Shown here: in pieces, positions 19,301 to 28,300 of the stretch | Numbering within the stretch: position 1 is the stretch's first letter | Layout: each line of letters starts with the position of its first letter | Assembly (NCBI GenBank): GCA_964463815.1 | Contig: CAYXDZ010000002.1 | Coordinates: 1-36,972, forward strand | Direction of reading: 5' to 3' | DNA: 36,972 bases | Source: an uncultured Verrucomicrobiota bacterium | GTDB lineage: Bacteria; Verrucomicrobiota; Verrucomicrobiia; Limisphaerales; RI-55 | Program-made: the position numbers and the translations under genes | The notes under the pieces: model-generated | Told to the model about the DNA's origin: nothing | Seen by the model: the letters and a program-made list of their open reading frames with translations, nothing else | The model's database searches: none

Positions 19301-22300
19301 AAGCTCCTCGACCTCAACACCACCTCCGACGCGCCCACGTTTGTACTGCCCTTCACGGGCACCTACACGTTCGCGATCGAAGGGCGCGTTTACAACTCCG
19401 GCCCCGGCCTCACCGCGAACTTCGCCCTGGTCAGCAATCCGCCCAAGCCGGTGGAACCGCTGTTTGAAAACACGTCGTTGCCGGACCTTGTCGTTGACAC
19501 TGTCAGCGTCACGCCGCCCGCCGGATTGAAGTCGGGCGATCCCTTCACGGTGAACTGGACGGTCCGCAATGCCGGCGCGCTCGCCACGGGCGGTTCCTTC
19601 ACCGACCGCGTCTCGGTGCGGAACACGGCCCTCAACCAGATCATTCTCAACACCACCCTCGCCTACAACCCGGCCGACGCGGGCAATGGTCCGATCGCTC
19701 CCGGCACCCAGCGCAACCGGCAACTGGCCCTCACCCTGCCCGCCGGTGCCAGCGGTGCCGGCTCGCTGGAGGTGACGGTGACGACCGACACGCTGAATCA
19801 GCTCGCGGAGTACAACATCGGCGGCACCGGCGAGTCGAACAACAGCAACTCGACCACCTTCAACAGCACGCTCGCGCCGTATCCGGATCTGCGGGTCATC
19901 GCCCTCGCCGCCAATCCTCCCTCGGGCTGGTCGCCGGGTAACGTCGTCGCCATCAACTGGGCCGTCACGAACAGCGGACCCGCCAACACCAGCACCTCAT
20001 GGGTGGACCGCGTCATCGTCCGCAATGACTCGCGCTCGGTTGTGCTGCTCACCACCAACGTCGTGCACGATCACGCCACCCTCGGCGGACTTGCGTCCGG
20101 CGGCCGGCGTGATCGACAGGCTTCATTTGTTGTGCCCGCCGGGTTGAATGCGCAGGGCCTGTTCTCGATCAGTGTCGAGACGGACGCGCTCGGCACGGTG
20201 GTCGAGAGCCAGCCCACGGATTCGGGCGAGGCCAACAATCTCACGACCATCAACGTTCTTTCCGCCCCCGACCTCACGGTTTCCGGCGTTCAGGTAGTGG
20301 CCACGCCGTCCGCCCAATCGGGTGCTTCGCTCGCGCTGCAATGGTCGTTGGAAAACACCGGCACGGCCCCGGCCGTCGATGCGTTCTCCGACCGGATCAT
20401 CGTCCGCAACCTCGACACCGCCGAGACGTTGATCAACACCTTCGCCGCCTACAATCCCGCCTCGCCGGGCAACGGTAGCATCGCTCCCGGCACCTCGAAG
20501 GCGCGCTCGTTGAACGTGAACCTGCCCGACGGTCCCCGGGCAGCCGGCAATCTCCAGATCGAGATCGCGGCCGACACCTACAATCAGATCGTGGAATTCA
20601 CCGCCGCCGGCACTTCCGGTGAGAACAACAACTCCGGTTTCGCCAACCTCACCACGACGCTTGCGCCGTATCCCGATCTCGTTGTGACCAACCTCGCCGT
20701 GTTGCCCGGCAATCCGCAGTCTGGTTCCGAGGTGACCGTGCGTTGGGAGGACTTCAACATCGGCATCGCGCCGGCCACCGCGAGCTGGCACGACCGGCTC
20801 GTTGTCGTGAACACGGGCTCGGGCGCCACGCTGCTCGACACCACGATCCATCATCCGACCACAACGCTCGGTGCGTTGACGAACGGTCTCACCCGGCTGC
20901 GCCAGTATGTCTGGCGCCTGCCCAACGGCGCGGCCGGCACCGGCAACCTCAGGTTCACGGTGACCGCCGACCACTTCAACGCGGTCTTCGAGCACAACCC
21001 CGGCGCCACCGCCGAGGCGAACAACGATCTCGCCGTCATCGTGCCCGCGACGCTCGCCGCCTATCCCGATCTGGAGATCGCCTCGTTCGACGTAGCGCCC
21101 GCGACCTACGAGTCCGGCCGGCTGTTGACCGCCGCATGGGCGGTGACCAACACGGGCACCGCGTCGGTTGCCGGAGATTTCTACGACCGCCTGCTGGTGC
21201 GCAACCTGTCTCTGGGCTCCACCCTGTTCGACCAGTCGTATTACCTGAACCCGGTGGCGGACACGAACGGCCCGATCGCTCCCGGCCAGTCCCGCCTGCG
21301 TACGGCAACCTTCCGGCTGCCCGACGGACCGGCCGGCACCGGCAGCATCGACGTGGCACTCTTTCTTGATTCGGGCAACCGGGTGTTCGAGTTCCGCGAA
21401 ACCGTGGATGCCGAGGCGAACAACACCACCAACCTGACCCGCAGTTCGACCGTCGCGCTTTACCCGGATCTCGCCATCAGCAACGTCACCGCGCCGCCCA
21501 CCGGTCTGCCTGGTCAGACGCTGCAGGTGAGCTGGACGGTGACCAACGGCGGCAGTGCCGGCACGCCGGCCGCCTGGACCGATCAGGTGTACCTGGTCGA
21601 CGACACCAATCCCAACGCGCCGCAGTTGATCGGCACGTTCAACTTCGCCGGCACGCTCGGTGTCGGTCAGTCGAGCAACGTCACCCAGACCGTGACGCTG
21701 CCGTACTTCACCGTCGGCACCCGGCGCCTTGCCGTTCGTGCGAACTCGGGCCCGGCGTTCTACGAGCCCAGCCTGGCGAACAACTTTGCGACGGCGGCCG
21801 CCACGATCTCGCTTTCGCCGCGTCTCGAGTTCACGTTGAACCGGACGAGCATTCCGGAGAACGGCGGCAGCGTCGTGGCCACCGTGTTGCGCAATGCGAA
21901 CACCACCAGCGATCTGACGGTCAGTCTCGCCAACTCCGACACCAACAGCCTGCTGGTGCCGACTCAGGCGGTGATCCCGGCCGGGCAGACATTCGCGAAT
22001 GTCACGCTCACAGTGCTGAACAACAGCCGGGTGGACGGCAATCGCACGGTCAACGTCACCGCCTCGGGCGCCGGCTACGCCGACGCCGCGGCCAGCCTCC
22101 TCGTGCAGGACGACGACCTGCCGACGCTCACGCTCCAGATGTCGCCGGGTCAGTTGATGGAGGACGCGGGACCGGGCGCGGCGATGGGTTACCTCACCCG
22201 CAACACGCCAACCAACGTGGCGTTGACGGTGAACCTGGTGAGCGACGCGCCGACGCGCTTGCTGCCACCGGCCTCGGTTACCATTCCCGTGGGGCAGTGG

Positions 22301-25300
22301 TCGTTTGCGTTCGATATCGCCGCTCCGGTGAACACCACCATCGAGGGCGCGCGCGACGTCCGCGTGCAGGCGACAGCACAGGGCTTCACCACCGGCAGCG
22401 CGATTGTGAACGTCCTCGACAACGACGCCCCCACGCTCGACCTCACGGTGGCGGCCGCCGCGATTGTCGAGGGCGCGGAGAGTCCGGCGACCTCCGGTCT
22501 GCTCACGCGGCAACCGCCATTGAACAGTCCATTGAGCGTCGTACTGGGCCAGAGCCTGCCCGGCCTGCTGTTGCTCCCGCCGGAACTGAACTTCGCCGCC
22601 GGCCAGTCCCAGCTTCCGTTCAACATCAGTGTCAGCGATGACCTGCTGGTCAACGGCACCCGCACGAACGAACTGATCGCCCGCATTCGCGGCGTCACCG
22701 GCGTGCCGATCACGAACGGCCAGGCGACCGCAACCCTGGTGGTGTTCGACAACGACGGCCCGTCGCTCACGCTCACGCTCGCCAGCGACGTCGTCAGTGA
22801 AACCGGTTCGGTCAACGGCACGGTCAGCCGCAACACCGGCACTGGTGGCGCGCTCACGGTCAACCTCGCGAGCAGCGACCCCGGCGAGGCGGTGCCCGCG
22901 TCGCCGACCGTCGTGATCCCGAACGGCGCGACCTCGGCGGCATTCACCGTGAACGGCGTGGTGGACGGACAGAACGACGGCATCCAGCCCGTGATCCTCA
23001 CGGCGACGGCGGCCGGGTTCAACAGCGCCACCGCGCGGTTGAACGTCTCGGACGTGGACCTGCCGGACCTTGCCGTGGGCGACATCATCGTACCGTCGTC
23101 CGGCCAGATCGACGCGAGGGCGAACGTCACGTTCACCGTCTCGAACTCCGGTCCGGTGCCCGCCTCCGGCACGTGGGTTGACCGCATCTTCATCTCTTCG
23201 GACAACCAGCTCGGCGGCGACATATTGGCCGGCGCGCACACGAACACGGCACCGCTGGCCAGTGGTTCGGCCTACGTCCGCACCGTGTCCATCACGTTGC
23301 CGGCGGATCCGGGGCTCTATCACATCATCGTGGTGACGGACGCCGACAACCAGGTCGTCGAGGGCAGCGAACGGAACAACGTCATTTCCATCGCCCAGAT
23401 CGACGTGCAACCGAACTACCGCGCCACGGTGGAAACGGCGATCGTCACCGCGCCGTGCGGCACATTGGTGCCGATCACCGGCCGGGCGTATTACCCGGAG
23501 GACAACTCGCCGGCCATCCTGAAGCCGGTGCTGGTCCGCATCCTCAACGGCGGCACGCGCCGGACCTACTCGGTCTTCTCGGACATCGACGGCACGTTCC
23601 GGCTGAACTTCACGCCGATCCCGACCGAGACGGGCGACTACCAACTCGCGGCCGATCATCCGCGGGTTTACCAGGACACGCCGCAGGACAGCTTCACGCT
23701 GCTGGGCTTCGGGCTCTCGGCGGAATACGCGTCGATGACGATCGTGCCCGAGACGCCGATCAGCGGGCAGATCACGCTGCGCAATGCGACCGGCACGACG
23801 CTCACCGGCCTGTTGTCCGCCGCAACCAACGCGCCGGCCGCGCTTGGACTCACGCTCAACGTGCCGGCGACGTTGCCCGGTCACGGCGAGGTCACGCTCG
23901 ACTGGTCGATGAACACGACGATCACAAACGCGGCCCGCGTGGTGTTCCCGGTGGTGATCTCGTCGGCCGAGGGCTGTCAGCGACAGGTGTTGTTCACCGT
24001 CCAGATCGCGCCATTGCGCCCGCAACTCGTGGCCGAGCCGGCCTTCCTCAATCGCGGCATGGTGCGCGGCGAGCAGTCGCTTGTGCCCTTCACCCTGCGC
24101 AACATCGGGGGCGTACCGACCGGTCCGTTGGACGTGCTGTTGCCGCCGTCGGAATGGCTGAAGCTCGCGGGCACGAACCGTTTGAACTCCCTCGAACCGG
24201 GTGCCAGCACGGTGGTGAATCTGTTGCTCGAACCAGCTTCGGATCTGCCGCTCATCATCCATGGCGGCAACCTCGCGATCAACGGCGCCAACACGTCGCT
24301 TGCGGTGCCGTTCCAGTTCCGCGCGATGTCCACTGCCCAGGGTGATCTCAAGATCACGGTCACCGACGACTACACCTATTACGTCGAGGGCAATCCGAAG
24401 GTCACCAACGCCGTGGTCACGCTCACCGACCCCTTCACCGGTCAGGTGGTGACCAACATGACCACCGACACCGCCGGCGAAGCGCGGTTCGTCGGACTCG
24501 TTGAAGGTCCGTACACGGTGGATGTCAGCGCGCCGAAGCGGAACACCTTCCGGGGCACGGCCACCATCCAGCCCGGCGCGGAGACGGTGCTCGAAGCCTT
24601 CCTCATCCGCCAGACCGTCACCTACCGGTGGTCGGTGGTGCCGGTCGAGATCGAGGACCGTTACAAGATCGTGCTCGAGTCGGTGTTCGAGACCGAAGTG
24701 CCGGTGCCGAACGTGATCATTGAGGAGCCGCACATCATGCCGCTGGTCTTCGAGGGCGAGACGAACCAGTTCGAGTTGAAGATCCGGAACGTCGGCCTGA
24801 TCGCCGCCGAGAACGTGACGATCAACGTGCCGTACGACGCGACCTACGTGATCCAGCCGCTGGTCACGAACATCGGGACGCTGCCCGCGATGAGCTCCCT
24901 GTCGATCCCGGTGTTGATCCATGAGCGGAGCACGACCGCGTCTCTGCTGCGGCTGGCCTCGCTGAATCCGCGATTGAACGGCGGCGACTGCGGCATCGAC
25001 ACCCTGCCGTGTCTGCCGAAGATCCCGTTGGGGGTACACTATTACTACACGTGCGGTCCGAACGGCGTTTACCAGCAACGTTCGGCCGACCTCTCGCCGA
25101 TCTGCGTGGCGAAGGATATCAAGGAATGTGTGGAAAAAACCCTGCAGTCGGCCGCCTCGTTGAATGCCTTCCGCAACGGCGGCAACGCGGCAAACTTCGC
25201 GTGTGACCTGGCCAAGGCGATCCTCCAATGCGGCGGCGTGAACCTGACGCCCTGCCAGAACGCCGCGTTCTCGATTGCCTGCGGGGCCGCCACGGGCGGC

Positions 25301-28300
25301 CTCGGTGGAGCGGCCAGCAACGGGCTCGGGCCGACGCTCAGTTGCATCTGCGATCTTGCGAAAGACTTCAGTGTCGGCATTCCTTCCTCACCGCCGAACT
25401 ACGGCACGGTCAACTACGTCAACGGCAGCCTCTTTGGCTCGCATCCGAGCGGCTTCAACGGCTACCCCTATTCGGTCGGCTGGTACATCGGCCCCGGCAA
25501 TTGCGCGTCGCCGGCGCCCAACAGTTTCACCGGCGGCTCCACGCCCCTGCCGCGCCTGATGAACGACGGCGTCTGCGCCCGGGTGCGGTTGCAGATCGAC
25601 CAGGAGGCGGTCATGACACGCGTCGCGTTCAAGGGCTCGCTCGAGATCGAGAACTCCGGCACTGACGCCATCACCGGCATCCGCGTGGACCTCGACGTCC
25701 GCGACGCGAACGACCATCCGGCGGGCGACCGTTTCGTGGTCCGGCCGCCGGTCGTCACCGACATGGGCGCGGTGGACGGCTCGGGTGTGGTCGGTGCGCT
25801 GGGCACCGGTTCGGCCGAATACCTGTTCATCCCCACCCGTGACGCGGCTCCGACCGCACCCCGCGTCTATCGCATTGGCGGCTCGTTTCGCTACCTCGAG
25901 AACGGCCAGGAGGTCGTGGTCCCGCTGCTCTCCTCGACCATCACCGTCTATCCCGAGGCGCGGCTGCAGTTGCACTACTTCCAGGCACGCGAGGTTTATT
26001 CGGATGATCCCTTCACCGAGGAAGTCGAACCCGCCGAGCCGTTTGCGTTGGGCATCATCGCCCGTAACGTCGGCGCCGGCGCGGCGCGGAACTTCCGTAT
26101 CACCTCGGCCCAGCCGAAGATCATCGAGAACAGCAAGGGCCTGCTGATCGACTTCAAGATCATCGGCAGCCAGGTCGGCACGAACGCCGCCGAGCCGAGC
26201 CTCACGGTGAATCTCGGCAACATCCCCGCCGGCCAGTCGCAGGTCGCCCAATGGCTGCTGACCTCGACGCTCCAGGGCAAGTTCATCGAGTACAAGGCGA
26301 CGTTCGAGCACGTGGACAACTTTGGTTCGACCAACCTGTCGCTCATCGACTCGGTCGAAATCCATGAGTTGATCAAGGCCGTGCTGGCGGATCGACCCGG
26401 CGACGATTTTGCGCCGGATTTCCTCGCGAACGATATCCCGGATCCCGACAGCCTGCCCGACATCCTGCATCTGAGCGACGGCTCGACCGCGCTGGTGCAT
26501 GCGCTGACCAACGGCGTCTTCTCCAACCAGATTGGCTCCGGTGCGCGCCAGGCGACGCTTACCTTCGCCCCGCAGGCCGGCTGGCAATACCTCCGCCTGC
26601 CGAACCCGGGCGCGGGCTGGCAATTGTTCCGCGTGGTCCGCTCCGACAACAAGGTCCTGAAGGTCGGCACCAACGTGTGGACCACCGACCGCACCTTCCC
26701 GACCGCGACCTACGGCACCATCCGCGAGCATCGCTTCCACCTGCTCGACCACGATTCGACCGGCAGCTACACGGTCTTTTACCGGCCGGTGGACACCGCG
26801 CCGCCGGTGCTCGTCTCGGTTGGGCCGGTCACGCCATCCTTCCAGACCGCGGCGGTGACTTCGGTCGAAGTGCTGTTCAACGAAGAAATGGATCTCGCGA
26901 CCTTCACGCCTGCGGATGTCACGCTCTCGCTCAATGGTGGCGGGAACCTGATCAACGGCGGCGTCACGATCACCCAGCTCGCCACGAACCGCTTCGCCAT
27001 CGGCAACCTCGCGGCGCTCACCGGAGCGGACGGCAATTATGAACTGTCCGTGAACGCCGCCGGCATCGAAGACTTCGGCGGCAACGTCGGCTCGGGCATG
27101 GTGGCTACGAGCTGGGCCAAGGGCTCGGTCGCTCCGGTCCTCACCGCGCTGGGACCGGTGTTGCCCAATCCGCGCAACCTGCCGGTGGATTCGCTGGAAC
27201 TTGCCTTCTCCCGCGCGATGAATCCGGCCACCATCAGCCGTGACGACCTGGTGCTCACCCGCAACGGTGGCGCCAGCCTGATCACGTCCGCCGTGCAGGT
27301 GCTGCAGACCGACACGAATCGTTTCGTCATCAGCGGTCTCGACACACTCACGCAACTGGCCGGAAACTACGTTCTTACCGTGAACGCGGCCGGCACGACG
27401 GACGCCGAAGGTATCGCCGGCACCGGCAGCCGTTCGACCACCTGGAGCATGGTCACGACCGGACCCCGCATTGCGTCGCTTGAACAGCCGGCGACCAATC
27501 CCCGGAACATCGTGGTCGCCAGCCTCGACGTCACTTTCGAGGCGCCGATCAATCCGGGCAGTTTCACCTGGCAGGATATCGCCCTGACGCGCAATGGCGG
27601 CCCGAACCTGCTCACCAGCGCGGTCACCGTCCAGCAGGTGTCGCCCACCGTGTACCGCATCGCCAATTTCAACTGGGTGATCGGCCAGGAGGGCGAATAC
27701 CGCTTCACGGTCACTGCCACCGGGATTCTGGATGCCGCCGGCAATGGCGGCACCGGTTCGGCCTCCGTATCGTGGAAGATGGACACCACCCGGCCGGGCG
27801 CCGCCTCGGCACTGGCGTTGACTCCCGATCTCGGCGAGTCCACAACCGATCGCCTGATTAACACGCTCGCGCCCACGCTCACCGGTTCTTTGCCCGAGAC
27901 CAACCTCACCGTCCGCGTAAAGAATCTGACGACGGGTCTCGATCTCGGTCCGGCCACGGTAACCGGTCAGAGCTTCAGCAAACTCCTTTCGCTGGCGACG
28001 GCGGGCGCTCATCAGCTCGAAGTGCGCACGGTTGATGCCGCGGGCAACACCTCGTTCCCCGACGTGCAGCTCGACCTGTTTGTGGACCTCACGCAACCGT
28101 CGGCCACCATGGTGCCGGTCGTGCCCAACGTCCGCAACACCGCGGTGCCTTCGGTCACCGTCACCTTCTCCGAGGCGATTCACGCGGCGAGCTTCACCCG
28201 CGACGACCTCACGTTGACCCGCCAGGGCGGCGCCAACCTGATCAACGCCGGTGTCAACGTTGCCAACGTCGTTTCCAACCAATGGCAGATCAGCGGCCTG

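Noticed and set aside
20123-25228. 1,701 aa ORF antisense to the giant gene
   Set aside because: Its composition is extreme (Arg/Gly/Asp/Val/Ala-rich, repetitive RR/GG runs), typical of the antisense frame of a high-GC3 gene. The sense frame carries coherent, repeated domain motifs. It has no recognisable motifs of its own.
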